Below, piece after piece: positions 11,771 to 24,812 of a stretch of DNA of 64,000 nucleotides (the stretch's first letter is position 1; each line of letters opens with the position of its first letter). Source of the DNA: Azolla caroliniana (taxonomy: Eukaryota > Plantae > Polypodiophyta); the NCBI GenBank assembly GCA_043228905.1, contig JBHGNT010000020.1, positions 10,106,001 through 10,170,000 on the forward strand, written 5' to 3'. The notes under the pieces were generated by a model. It was not told where the DNA came from and ran no database searches. It saw nothing but the letters and a program-made list of their open reading frames with translations. The translations under genes and the position numbers were made by a program.

Positions 11771-12540
11771 CTACCACCATACAAGGAAAAGAAAACATAA
11801 ATAATCAAACATTTTTTGAATTTAATGCTCAAACACACACGACATTAACTTTAATCAAGCAACACGTTGAGCCATAAACCATTAATAATCAATAAATTTT
11901 TGCAAGTCTATTCAACGATCAATGAGCTAAACTTGTTCTAAACTTGGGCCACATTCTAATATCAAGCATTAAAATCATAATATCAACCATAAACCACTAA
12001 TAATCAGTATTAAGCTAATATCAAAATATCATTAATAATCAATATCAAGCTAATTAAATCCAATATCAAGTTAATATCAACTCACTTCAACCGTAAACCA
12101 TTAACATTCTAAGATCACATATCAATAAACATGTTGTAAATAGTTTTTGAGAATAAACTTATTCATTGTATCAAACAAACCTTAAACAATTTCAACAATC
12201 GTACTATCATGCTAAACCCTAAACCTTCTCCCTATCATTCTAATATCAAGCCATACTATCACATTAAAATCATAATATCAACCAAAACCTTCTCCCAAAC
12301 CCTAATATTTCGACAATGAAAAGCCAACCACATCAAAAATAAAAAAATCCGAAAATGTAGAGACAAACACAAATACATACCTGGGAAATAGTAGGGCACC
12401 GATTGCATAAGTGATTGTTGGGAATGTTGATTGCAAGCCGCCTAAAGAAAAATCGTTTTCCCAACAAAAGAACCTGTCAATCTCATTTGAAAAATTGGGA
12501 GATAATGATAGGTTTTAGGGTTTTATAATCATCGATTAAA

Positions 12541-12720
12541 AGGTTGGGCAACCACATGGCCACATTAAAACTCGGTTGGGCGACCACATGGCCACATTAA
12601 AACTCGGTTGGGTCACCACATGGCCACATTAAAATTCGGTTGGGCAACCACATGGCCACATTAAAACTCAGTTGGGCAACCACATATCCACATTAAAACT
12701 CAGTTGGGCGACCACATACG
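12541..12720. repeat. Subterminal tandem repeat of ~32 bp (GGTTGGGCAACCACATGGCCACATTAAAACTC), 5-6 copies
   Basis: Directly visible. Confidence 0.9.
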
Positions 12721-12957
12721 TTACAAAGGTTGGGCAACCACAATAGGTAGGTTGGGCAACCAGAATATGTAGGTTGGGTGAGCACAATAGGTAGTTGGGC
12801 AACCTCTGATAGGGTTGGGAGACCGAGGACCCAGAGTTGGGCGACCTCTAACAACAGTTTTGGTCGCGCGATTTTTTATTATCCAAATCGGACGGTCTAT
12901 GTCCACGATTCCCTCGCCAAGCCTATTTATGATGTGGTAGCAAATAGACATGTTGCG

Positions 12958-12991
12958 TACATACACACATACATAACATTGATACATCCAT

Positions 12992-13038
<47 letters not shown>

Positions 13039-13043
13039 TACAT

Positions 13044-13074
<31 letters not shown>

Positions 13075-13112
13075 TACATACATACATACACACACACATA
13101 CACACACACACA
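12958..13112. repeat. (CA)n/(CATA)n compound microsatellite between elements A and B
   Basis: Directly visible. Confidence 0.97.
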
Positions 13113-16100
13113 CGTGTCTATTATGACACAAATCATAAAGAGGGCTAGTGAGGGAATCACAGCTACAAATGATGCAGGTCACTCAAGGCGCGTGCGATCT
13201 ACACCGTCAGATTTCGATAAGAAAGAGGGCACGAAAAAAAAAGTTTTGCAAAGGTTGCCCAACCAACTTAATCATCGATGCAGGTCACCCAACCGTATAT
13301 TTTTAAAACGGTTGGGTGACTGGTTTAAGCAGGTCGCCCAACCGTAGGTAAGTTTATATTGAGTTGGTCGCCCAACCAACTCAATATAAGATGCAGGTCA
13401 CCCAACCATATATATTTAAAACGGTTGGGTGACTGGTTTAAGCAGGTCGTCCAACCGTAGGTAAGTTTATATTGAATTGGTCGCCCAACCGCAAGATTAG
13501 GGTTTAGGCTCATAAGGTACATGGGTCGTACCATCATTGAATCATGGAGATCATTGCTCGCCATGTCTGATCCACACAAGAAAATCTAGACACACTTGTT
13601 GAACTTCGTCATAGTGTCATTCCACCACATTAACTAACCTAATCATTCTACCACAAGCATTAAGATAATGATGATGGAGCTTTGGGAAATCTAGAGCTTG
13701 TATTTCTATTTCAATATGGATGACACATGGATTCAGCCATATTTGCAATCATAATTTGTGTCATGGGTCGATTTTGGCCTCTAGCAAATGTTAACAAATT
13801 TTCTTCATCACTTTAAGGTTAGGATGAATGGCATTCTATTTCTTAAGGAACATAACCAAGCTTTGGTTTTCAATGAATTTAAGTTGTAATGAGATCTTTT
13901 GACAAGGCAACAATGATATGATCGTTTAATGTATATGAGATTGTGACAACTCAACAATACCTAAAATGCAAATTTTAGTGCTTGATATGTGTAAATGAAT
14001 GCCATGGCTCCGGTCGTGGCTAAAAGATTGCTTCTTGAGGCAATATCATGGTGGCCAAATTGCATATTGAACGTTTGACATCGATTCTTGATCGTCTATT
14101 CATGTGGACTGACAACATGCGGAGAATGGCAGAGTTGGTGATTCAGACCATTTCATCTTAACCGTCAGACCACACCATTGTGTCTGAGGGTCGACATCAC
14201 GTATTGCACATCCTAACTCAGTCAAATTGTTGGGATTGCGGCTTTTACTTGATGAAGACTATCCATATGTTGGTGGAAGAGCTCTTACAAGGATGGATAT
14301 CTCCAACTTTTGTAAGTGTAATTGCAATGCCTTATTCATGTGGATTGTGTATAGATGTGTTCTTATACATATTTGGTGATAGGGCACAGAGATGTGGTTC
14401 ACCAAATGCAAAGTGGATTCACTTCGGATTCATGTGGACGAGTGGGCACGAAGGGTACTAGGATTTGCACCTGCGACCGGTGGCTCCATATTGTAAATTT
14501 TGTGTCTGTTGTTTTCAGCACAGATTTTGTTATAGAGCTGATGTTGTAACTATATTTTGGAATCCACACAAATTTTGTATAACGAGAATCGACTCATTGT
14601 ATATCGCGTGTACTTATTAATGGAAAAGTTGTTTACAACAAGTGTTTATCTCAAGTTGATTTGTGGTTTTAAACCAATCTCAAGTTGTGATCTCCAATTG
14701 ATTTGATGTTTTAAACCAATCTCAAGTGTAAATCAATCTCAAGTTGGTTTGTTGTTTTATGAAACTAATGATGCAATAATGCATATTGTGGACGAGCCCC
14801 GATATTGGTTTAAAATATTGAGCTTGACAAAACCGAATGTATGGTATAATGTATCGCTCCAATGCTCATATTGTGATTGCCAAGACCCTATGAGTAAATG
14901 TAGGCATATAGTCAGCATCAGGATGATTATTGAGAGGCACATGCCACATCTATGTGGGTCGTTGCCTTTTATAGATCATGCAACCCATATGCGTAATGAC
15001 CATTTCACAGAGACGGAAGTGGAGACAGAGGTAGAACTGGTCGAGGAGACAAACCCTATAACATCACAAATGGAGGAATGGGAGTCAAAATTACAAACGG
15101 CTGAGGGGGCTATTTAATGTCTTAGGCAAGGGTTACGATCCCTCGACCATGCAACAATTTTGGCATGTATGGAGTCCATTGAAGAAACGAGTCAGAAGGT
15201 GGTGTATCACGCAGGTGCACCGAAACCAACCAATGAAGAAGACCGTGGATCCGTAAGGCGTAAGCAAGCAATTGGTGCAAAAAGAGGAGCATCATTCAAC
15301 ATTTCACAAGATCTTACTGCCAGCTCCCCAAACACTTCCAAGGCACACAGTGGAAAAATGCAAAGAGGCGCAAGTCGAGCTAGGAGGCGGTTGCCAATAT
15401 GTGCGACAGAGAAGATTCGATGCTTGCATTGCGATGCCTTGACCTTTAGATCAAGGGACTCAAATGTTGATTGTTGCAAGAATTGTGGCCGCATCTTGCC
15501 ATCATCTCGGGATGAGCCATAAACATAGCTTGAGTGGTTTTGTGGACTAGTGCATTTGGGTTTACAATGTTTAAAGTGGATTTATGTTTATTTATGAGTG
15601 CATTTGGGAGTATGTCATATGTTGATTCATGTTTTAAGTTTCATGTTTCAAGTATGTCACATGTTGATTTGGGTTTACGATGTTTAAAGTGGTTTTACGT
15701 TCAAAGGATGTCATATGTTGATTTATTTTTCAAGTATGTTATATGTTGATTTATGTTTTAAGTTTTATGTTTCAAATATGTCGTATATAGATTTATGTTT
15801 CAAGTATGTCATATTTTGATTCATGTTATAAGTTCATCTCTGATTTAAGTTTTATATTTTTTAACTTTTAAGATGATTATTTGTTTTATGTTAAGTATGG
15901 TGAAGATCGTCGATTTTGAAGGTTGGATTTTGTGACTGTTTGATATGAAGATCGTCGATTTTGAAGGTTGGATTTTGTGACTGTTTGATATGTTATTGTA
16001 AGTTTTAAGGGTAATGATCAAGCTTATTTGAAGATTTTGGTCGAAATGATACATTTGGTTGGGCGACCTGCAAAGGTCAGGGTTGGGTGAATTACAACAG

Positions 16101-16337
16101 TTGGGCAACTTGCAATGGTCAGAGTTGGGCGACCAATTGTGGTTGGGCGACCAACGACTCAGAGTTGGGTGACCTCTGACAGGGATGGGCGACCTCTTAT
16201 AGGTTTTTTATCGCGCGTTCTTCCTTATCGAAATCTAACGGTGCAGATCGCACGCGCCTTCCTCTGAGCGACTTGCACCGTCCGTGGCCGTGATTCCCTC
16301 GCCAGCCCTCTTTATGATTTGATGCAGAATAAACACG
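13113..16337 (+). mobile_element. Internally deleted MULE-like TIR element B with a Ulp1 fragment and SWIM zinc-finger (transposase C-terminus) remnant
   Basis: Imperfect TIRs of ~120 bp at 13113-13233 and 16212-16337. Ulp1 remnant LTQSNCWDCGFYL (ORF 14180). SWIM motif YNVSLQCSYCDCQDPMSKCRHI (ORF 14749). C-terminal CLHC...CKNC (ORF 15160). Subterminal GGTTGGGCGACC motifs at both ends. No DDE domain is visible. Confidence 0.75.
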
Positions 16338-16340
16338 AGC

Positions 16341-16394
16341 CACACGCACGCACGCATATATACATACATGATCCATACATACACATACATATGT

Positions 16395-16477
<83 letters not shown>

Positions 16478-16500
16478 CATAAATGTGTCTGTGTGTGTGT
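16341..16500. repeat. (CA)n/(CATA)n compound microsatellite
   Basis: Directly visible; it abuts the right TIR of element B. Confidence 0.97.
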
Positions 16501-16818
16501 CAGCACCAACGCTGAGGCTGGCTTCGAAGCCATGCTCGATTACACAGTTCTTTCCAATTATGTATGTATGTATTCGCCAGCCTAATCCTAGGGTTAGGGT
16601 TTCATACTCTCTCTGCCTGCTGTCCTTCTCTTGCAGGCAGGGTAGGGGTTTGTGGTTTGTACCTGATCTTCCCTCTCAAGATTAGGGGCCCGGGATTTAG
16701 GGTTTGGGCCTCATCTTAGTATGTATGTATAGGGTTAGGGTTAGGGTTAGGGTTTTGTATCTACATTCCCTTTTCTAGAAACTTTTGAGGTTTAGGGTTT
16801 TTGGCATCTTCTTTCTAG

Positions 16819-19565
16819 AGAAGATATTTGCTTGTTGCTGCTCCTGTGTATGTTCGTGAGCAGGGGTTTTTGCAATCTATGAACAGTAATAATGAAGACT
16901 GGCGATCTACTGCCCTTTGCATCTTCAAGTCCACTTGTGCTACACTTCATTCATCATCCATACCACAGGCAAGTTGTATCTCTATATCTTTCTGTGTATC
17001 TTCAGATTCTATTATTTGCTTTCAAACCTATCAAAGATTACGTATTTCAGTCATCTGTCTGCTTTATTTCATATTTCATTGCCAAATCGCATTCCAAGCA
17101 ATCAAAAGATTGCGTATTTCATCATCTATTTGCCCTTCAAACCCCATAAAAGGTTCCTTGTTTTTATCCTGAATCCGCATCCAAAACAATCAACAGGCTG
17201 TACATCTCGATGCCCGTCTAAAGATTTTCAGGTTTGTTTATCTCTTTGCATCAAATGCAGTTATCCTTTTGGAAAATGGAAGGGTTCACATTTCATTACC
17301 TTCATACGGCAAAACTGTGTTGGGTTCTTTCAGGCATTCATAACATCAGCAAAATCACGTCTAAATAATTAATCATGAAGGCATTCGAAACATGAGTAAT
17401 CCTTCTTGCATTCAAGCACAAAAACAATTTCATGTTGGACCTTCTAGTTCCAAACTGTTATTTTCTAGTTGCAGTCAAATCCATTCAAAAATCTCATCCT
17501 TTGTAGTATTTTATTTGCATTAAAAGACGTCAATATTCACATGTGTCTGAAACTTCTGTTACACTATGTATTTAATTATATACATAAAACATCCATTACT
17601 ATCATTTTTGCAAAAGAAATCATGCTGTATTTTGACATCTCCATGTCGCTAGTTTTTTATGTCTTCATACATAACACAGGAATAGAGGCATGGAAAAGAA
17701 CCTTGACCAATACTATCTCCCGCATTGACAAGATTTGAGCTTCAGATTGGGCAATGGAGTATTCTTTTGGTAGACCAAATGAAGATGCATCACAATCGGG
17801 TATAGAGACAGCAATCATGAGATGAAAGCTGTGTGTATTGTCCACAGTGGAACTGACACCAGTGCTACCATGAATCTCTCTTATGTCCTAAATGTCCTTG
17901 GTAATAAGATTTTGTACCCTTTTAAAGCACAAAATAGGTGTTATACAGTAAGTGTTTCATTATTATCTATTTCTTGGTTTCCTGCTTCTTAGAAGTAATA
18001 TCTGTTGTAATTCAAATTTCACTTTCGCTTCTTAAAAACAATAAGTCAATGCTAGACAACTTTACATATTAAGTTTTGCATATGTTGGGTTTTTTGCCCT
18101 GTGTTTAGAGCTCTGGTTCAAGCAACAACTTCGTGAGTTAGTAGCTAGCTGTATATTTAGCTATTTCTTTCAGTGGTTTACGAAATTAATAAACAAATTT
18201 CTTCCACCTTAGTTGGGAATAGGAAACACCTTAATGAATCGAAGGCAGCGTTTTTATTTTGTAGGTCTTCTGATGGTCTTTAAAACATTTTAAACTAAAA
18301 ATGGGGTGAACTGGTGAATGTCAATTGCTACATGGTAGTATCCATGTTGAGAACTTGAATTATTCTGCTCATGCCATGGCTTGAAGAGCTTGCGAAATGA
18401 AGAATTTAAGATAGTATTCTAATTCTTGTTCCATTTTGGCGACAGGAAATTATTATATGCAAGTGTTTAATTTTCCCTACTTAGTTTTGACTCCTGTCCT
18501 CAGGAGATGGAAAAACTAATTTCTTAGAATGCTAGTATGTGCTAGTATGAAAACAGGGAATTAATCATCATGTTTGGGTATTACACAGTTGCGGATGTGT
18601 AAGGACTAGAAAATGTTGCATATCCTTGAATACAACAGGTGATGACCATGTTTCTTGGTTTCCTAAAGATCCATGATAATGATCTTAATGCATGCAGCGG
18701 AATGATTCTTGAGATGATTTACAAGCAGAAAGTGCATAACTAATATGTGTGGCATGCATAGTGATGAGTTGACATGGGTATATGGGAATAAAGAAACATT
18801 TTGGGGCATTTTGGAAAGGAAAGATAAATACAAGGTATTTGCGGCTGTTCCGTTTTCAATAATACATATTTGTTTTGTGTACCATTATCTTGTCTGTGCT
18901 TAATTTGGTAGGCTAGCAGTGGAGCTGTGGGTTCAAAGATGTGCTTAATTTGGTAGGCTAGCAGTGGAGGTGTGGGATTCAAAGAATTGATCTAAGAAAC
19001 ATTATGATTTAGTCAAATACATTTACTGCTGTGGGCTCCATATTGATGGTAACCTAACAAGCTTGGAAAAAGTGAAACCTAGGTCTAAGGCTGGGTCTCA
19101 ACAAGGTAGCTGGAAAGAAAGGCCTTTCACATCGAACACCTTAAATGATGTGAGCACTGTAACTTTTATTGTTTCACTAGAGAGACCATCTATCACATCT
19201 GAAGATGACAAACAAAATTCTGTCATCAGTTCTAGAATCATTCTTCCCATCAACAATATCCTTGAACCATTGATTTGTATAAAGCAAATTTAATTCCTTA
19301 AATTTCCCTTTTACACTGCTCACCAATGGATTCTGATTGTGATTCGTGAATGCGTGTCAGACAAATGTGCCAAACAAGTGCCCGGTTTCTATTTATAATT
19401 GTTAAGATTTTTGGGTTTTTCTTTCAATTTCCATTGCCTGGAACTCTTGCTGGCATCCAGATGGTTTTTAGGGATGTGGGTTACTCAGTTGATTTGGGAA
19501 GTGGGGCATGGGCAGTTTCTTCTTATCGAATTAAAGCTACTCCACTTATAAAATCAAGGGTGTGA
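16819..19565 (+). pseudogene. AGT1: Serine:glyoxylate aminotransferase (SGAT/AGT1) non-processed pseudogene
   Basis: Collinear exon remnants match plant SGAT as recalled: 16819-16968 (YLLVAAPV..SMNSNNEDWRS..IFKST..FIIHTTG), 17680-17900 (IEAWKRTLTNTIS..QIGQWSILLVDQMK..HEMKAVCIVHS), a weak remnant at ~18265-18400 (QLLHG), ~18957-19149 (LAVEVW..AWKK*NLGLRLGLNKVAGK) and ~19428-19565 (GTLAGIQMVFRDVGYSVDLGSG...TPLIKSRV*). Frameshifts, deletions and stops are present. Confidence 0.85.
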
Positions 19566-22333
19566 GACTTAAGTGGAATATATTCAAGCCATTCTCCTGA
19601 GGTGAGAGGGTTTTGGTGTGATATGAGGAGTTCAAATGTGTGAAAGAAATATGTTTTGTATATCTACATTTGGACCTGTTTCAACGTAAAAAGTAATCTA
19701 TAAGTGTGATTGATCTGAACAATTATAAATGACTAACGTGGACAATGTTAGTGAAAATTTCCATTACTCTCGGAATGCTAAGAGGGAATCCATTGCTTTT
19801 ATAAGTAATTATAAATATTATCCCTTTGTGCTTTGCTAGAAAGAAAGGGAAATGGAGTACATATTGTAAGAGGACGAACTCGTCTCTTTATAAACCAAGG
19901 ATAAACATTATTGAGGAATTACATGACCAGAAATGGTTGGGTGATCTATGGCACAGGTGACTTGCTGTAAGTTAAAGTCTGATAGTGCTTTAATCGGAAA
20001 AATAATTTTGAAATGTTTAAATTCAAACAGAAACTAATTCAACCACTGACCCTAGATGTTAACTTTATTAATTTGCTGGAAAAGTTGACGTCTGAATCCA
20101 TCTCATGCTACTTGTTGAATATCTTAGGATAATCTCCCTAAAGATGCTTGCCATTACCTACTCAATAATTCTGTTCATTGCTGAATTAAGTGCAATTACT
20201 GGATGTCTTTCCATAATTTGGTTAGTTTGTTTATTGTTGAATGTTTCCTTCATGATTTCTATCAAGTCTATCATTGAATGTCTGCTTTCTTAGCTACACT
20301 GATTTGCATTGACCATTGGGATTGGGAATGGTATTTCAGTGGTGCCTGTTAAACTCATTCTCATTCAATCAAATAGTTGCACATTCTTCTTAGTATTTTC
20401 TATGTAATGTATGGTGCTGCTATTAGGTACAAATGCTTGTTCCAATGCAATTGAGCTAGTGGTGGCTGTTTTACCAAACCAAAATGCTGAATTGAGAAGA
20501 TTTGAATGCGAAAAACAAGAGAGATTATTATCAGCTTAGGAGACAGCATCCATTTCATAACTATTTTAATTCATTTGGTCATAATAAATCCTTTGACAAA
20601 CTCTTTGCTACAAGCACTTCATTGAAAGAGCATTGCTGATATTATTATAGGGAGCAGGGATATGCTCACATATAACAAGAATCGAGACACCAAGTATCAA
20701 ACAATCTCTGATAACATAGTTCCCAAACATGAGGATAGATCTGACATTATATTCTTTCGTTCATATATGGAATGAATGTGCTGATAGTCCCAAAGATATC
20801 CCAAAATTGGCCCTACTACCAATAGGTGACAGGATGGACACCAGCAAAGCATCAACCAAAGTCACTCCAAATTCGAGTATAATCTCCAGAATGCTACTTA
20901 TAAATCTCAGACACATTCATGGATCAAACTTACACTCATAACTTAGTTTGCGGTCAAATTTAAGGGTAAATATTCTGATATCGTGGCAGGTTCCAAAGCC
21001 ATTCCATTTGCGGGCCTACATTACAGAGTCTGCACTTTGCAACTATCATGGGTCTAAGTATTTGCAGAATAATCCATATAACCAATCTATTTACAGAATA
21101 AGCCATTTAACCAATCTACTACACATCTGTACACACACACAAATCATTGCAAGAGTAAGAAATTCACACTAAATGAGAGTAATGATTTTGCCAAAGATTT
21201 GTTTTCTCCACATATACTTTCCAAGAAACAGATGAGAATCTATCCACAAGATATCCAAACCCAAGTGTTAAAGAAACAATATACAGGAGATTATATATGC
21301 ATGCATACACATGGGAAGAAATGGAATGAATACATGAGATTATGCATACATATACATAGCATGTACCTAATCATCACAGAAACGTCAGTGTATTGATTTA
21401 CCAAAGACTTGTCTCCACATATACATATAATATGAGAGAATCAACATGTATATACATGACATTATACATATACAAACACATACATATTAGCATGTATAGC
21501 TGTGGTCTGATCAGTGAAATTATAATATCTAAACACCAATCCCTCCCAAAACCCCACAACTGATCAAACTTGCATGCAGAAAATGGAATTTACATAGACA
21601 CCCACAATGTTGATATTTCAAGAAGATTTTGCGTACACAGCAACAGCAGCATTCACTTGAAATGTATATATGATCATGAACCCCTTTATTCTGGATTGCA
21701 AATGTATGTAAAAAAGCATTGTACAGTAAAAAGAGGGAAGGAAATAAAGAAAGTCTGGTTCAGACTATACAGAAATACAAAGAGAGAAACCCTAAGTTTC
21801 TTCTAACCAAATTCAGTTAAGCCAAATTGGCATGCCATGCCTCCTTAACACAAGAAGGATCATTGTGTGACCCATTTTACTTCCTCCTCAAGTGTGTTTT
21901 TCAACAAACAAGGGTCCTTGTAACCAATACTTTAGCTGCCCAAATGAAACCAAATGATCCTTCAAGCCATGAGATCTAATACAGTTAGTTTCTCTTTCAA
22001 AGTGCTGTTTTCTCTAAAACAACAAAAGCTTTTCCTTTTCCATATAACCAGATGCTTACCTCCCCAAATTATCCCACAATGTCATCAGAAATCAAATGTA
22101 GCCTCTCTTCTCTCAAATTGTAGACTCCAGATAAAACCAAAGGCTGCAGAGGAGATCAAACCAAAATGATCTCTCAAGCACAACATGTATGCAACAAACC
22201 CTAGCCTCTTCTTCTTCATCCTTATCCTAATGGCTTAGACTGAGTTGAGTAGTAGAGGCCAAGGAATCACATCATACATCTCTCTATCTACAAACTAACC
22301 CACAAAAAAACCAACCCAGAAATGAAAGCCACT

Positions 22334-23263
22334 TCAAATCCTGAGCAAGAAAATGCTCAACTCGGGGCCGCCGGTGCCATCGGGATTCATCATATAGAAG
22401 GCTTCGGAGTCTTTGGACCCGACAACTCTCTCGAACCTTGCTCTCATATACATAAGCTCACCATCGGAACCGCCGCCACTCTCATCATCATCATCGGGCC
22501 CGGCCCCAGCCCCGGCCCCGGCACCACTAATACCACCTTTTGGAAGCACCCCTGCACCCATAGAGATTGCCCTAACAAGGCTCAAAACTTGCAAATCACT
22601 CTCCGAGCAAACCCTCTTGATTGCATAGCCTGTCCTCCTCCCATTGCAGTACATTGTCCAGACCGGCTCCGAGAAGAGCTTCCCTCGGGTTTGAGCGCGC
22701 TCGCACTCGAGAGCTATCCGGACGAGGCCCGACGCCATCTCTTTCACGAGGCTATTGGTGGGTGTCGCCAATTCGAGGAGCAATACGGGCTCGGAGCGCG
22801 GGTCTTCTTGCACCGAGAAGAATACATGGCCTTTCCTTAAGCCGAAGAGGGTTCCGGTTACTCTGTTTCCGAGGGAAGGTCTATCGGATCGGCCCATGGA
22901 TATGGTTAGCCAGGAGGTGCACATCATAGGGGGCAATGGGAGGTGGTCAAGGATGGCTCGGAACATGGTCACCATCTTCCGAGGTAAATAGACACTACCC
23001 ATTGTCCTGGCTGTAGATTTCTCTTCTTTCAGACTGCTATTCTGGAGGATGCTTTTGTTTAGGTTTTTGATGCTCTCTGATGATGATGATGATGATGACG
23101 AAGACGATGATGATGATGATGATGCCGCTGATGATGATGAAGACCGGTTCTCATGCGGTTCTGGTTCGGTTCCATTCAGTGCAGTTCGAATCTCCGGTTT
23201 AGCGGTTCGAATTTCGGTTGGATTGATTCTTATGTGAGGCAGCTTCTTCTGCTCGTAGCTCAT
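22334..23263 (-). CDS. MIZ1: MIZU-KUSSEI 1-like protein (DUF617 family), intronless, 309 aa
   Basis: Intact ORF with DUF617 hallmarks: VTGTLFGxRKGHV, LLLELA, EMASGLVRIALECE, WTMYCNGR, SMGAGVLP, GELMYMRARFERVVGSKDSEAFYMMNPDG..GPELSIFLLR. Ser-rich N-terminus. The assignment is at family level; orthology was not tested. Confidence 0.95.
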   Translation of the reverse strand: MSYEQKKLPHIRINPTEIRTAKPEIRTALNGTEPEPHENRSSSSSAASSSSSSSSSSSSSSSESIKNLNKSILQNSSLKEEKSTARTMGSVYLPRKMVTMFRAILDHLPLPPMMCTSWLTISMGRSDRPSLGNRVTGTLFGLRKGHVFFSVQEDPRSEPVLLLELATPTNSLVKEMASGLVRIALECERAQTRGKLFSEPVWTMYCNGRRTGYAIKRVCSESDLQVLSLVRAISMGAGVLPKGGISGAGAGAGAGPDDDDESGGGSDGELMYMRARFERVVGSKDSEAFYMMNPDGTGGPELSIFLLRI

Positions 23264-23266
23264 CTT

Positions 23267-23315
<49 letters not shown>

Positions 23316-24149
23316 TCTTCCTTTCTTCTTCTTTTAGGGCAAAAGAATAATAATCGCTGAATTGATTTCTTCCGCAGAAATACTGATTGATTTGTTCGCT
23401 AGAAATTAATTAGCTCACAAGAAACCATAATTTCTTCAGCGATGGTAGTGGCCTCACTTCATGTGACACATCTCTTTCTGCTCATTCTTTAGTTTCTTTA
23501 TTCTGCTCTGTTTTTACACAGAAGAAACCTTAATTTCTTCCCCAGAAAACGCTAATTTCTCTCTCTCTCTCTCTCTGAGCTCTGCAGAAATCTGAATTTC
23601 TCCAACTGAAAACTATAACCCCTCTTCAGCACGATCGCAAACCCGTAAAGCTTTCCCTAAATGATTTTTAGCTGAAAACCTAAATTCTTCGATGCTTTGT
23701 ATCTTCTCTGTGCAGAAACTGTGATTTCTTCAGCAGTTCCTGAGAAACAAAAACCCTTTATTTCTTTAGAGTTCAGTTCCTTCTGACCTCTGCAGAAACT
23801 CTAAATTTGAGAACTCAGAAGAAGATGAGGAATCAATTTTGCTTCTCTCAGAGGAGAAATCAGAAGAAAGGAATGATCTATACACAAAAGTATGAAACTG
23901 AAAACCATAATTGGAGACTAGAAGCGGTGGAAAATGAAGGCCTAACTTTTGGACCAAAGTTCAGGGGAATGAAGGCCCCCTAGTTGAGGTCTAGAAGCTG
24001 TGGAAAATGAAAAGCCTAATTTTCTGGTCTAGCTCAGGAAAAGGAAGTCCTAATTTCTGGTATAGCTCACGAAAATGAAGTCCTAATGTAGGTATAGCTG
24101 CAGAAACACGAGGCCCTAAATTTGGGTTTAGCTGCAGGAAGAGCAAAAA

Positions 24150-24472
24150 AAAAACCCTAATTTAGAGTGCGGGAGAGGAAAATGGAGCCCTAATTTGGGT
24201 TTAGCTGTAGAAGAGAGAAAAACCCTAATTTAGAGTGGGGGGAGGGAGGGGCTAGGGGAAGTAGCTCTATATATGATTATTACTTGACTGAGTGTAACGC
24301 AGAGGAAAATGAAAACCCTAATTTCAAAGGAGGGGGGGGGGGTCTGTGTGGACAGATTGACAGAAACAGAGACAGAGACAGAGGGCTGCTCACACAAGAA
24401 GAAGAAGAAGAAGAAGAAGAAGCTATACACAGAGAGAGAGAGAGAGAGATAATGTAAAGGCCTCCATTTATA
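24150..24472 (-). promoter_or_regulatory. Candidate core promoter and 5' leader of the MIZ1-like gene
   Basis: Minus-strand TATAAAT at 24472-24466 followed by a CT-rich tract. Several telo-box-like AAACCCTAA motifs at about 24150-24325. Confidence 0.35.
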
Positions 24473-24539
24473 CACAGATATATATATATATGTATATATA
24501 TGTATAATGTATGTATGTATGATTATCTATATTTTCTAT

Positions 24540-24812
24540 TTGTTTGTTTTGTTTTTCTTTCTTTTTTTAATTAAGCATAATTAGATTCAGTCAGTTAGTT
24601 AGGAACCTAATCAATTCATTAATTACTTGATTAGGTTCATTTATATATATACTTATATCATATAATCATATTTATATATATGTACATATATATACATACA
24701 CACACGTGTATGTATTTTGTTTTGTTTGTTTTTCTTTCTTTTTAATTAATCATAATTAGATTTAGTTAGTTAGTAAGTAAGCTAATCAATTGATTAATTA
24801 CTTGATTAAGTT
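24540..24812. repeat. Local imperfect direct duplication of an AT-rich ~100-bp block
   Basis: TTAATTAAGCATAATTAGATT...TAATCAATT.ATTAATTACTTGATTA occurs at about 24540-24640 and 24715-24812. Confidence 0.7.

Larger units (their letters stand above)
9735..12952 (-). mobile_element. Degenerate TIR (MULE-like) element A carrying a Ulp1/C48 protease pseudogene
   Basis: Minus-strand Ulp1 motifs: DFIFILIVVQGHW (His), VFCDPL (Asp) and IPTQPNGWDCGFYV (Gln/Cys) at about 10900-11390. Many GGTTGGGC(A/G)ACC motifs. The end at 12862-12952 resembles the TIRs of element B. The left boundary is uncertain. Confidence 0.65.

Noticed and set aside
12721-13347. ORFs rich in CV/HT/YI repeats (also 16197-16685, 40133-40455, 51769-52070)
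   Set aside because: They are translations of microsatellites.
16585-16800. TTAGGG repeats as a telomere or interstitial telomeric array
   Set aside because: Only 3-4 contiguous units plus scattered TAGGGTT motifs, which fits telo-box-like sequence in a former 5' gene region.
22322-23237. Plus-strand ORFs overlapping the MIZ1-like gene
   Set aside because: They are antisense shadows of a GC-rich CDS and its Ser-codon repeat, with no motifs of their own.
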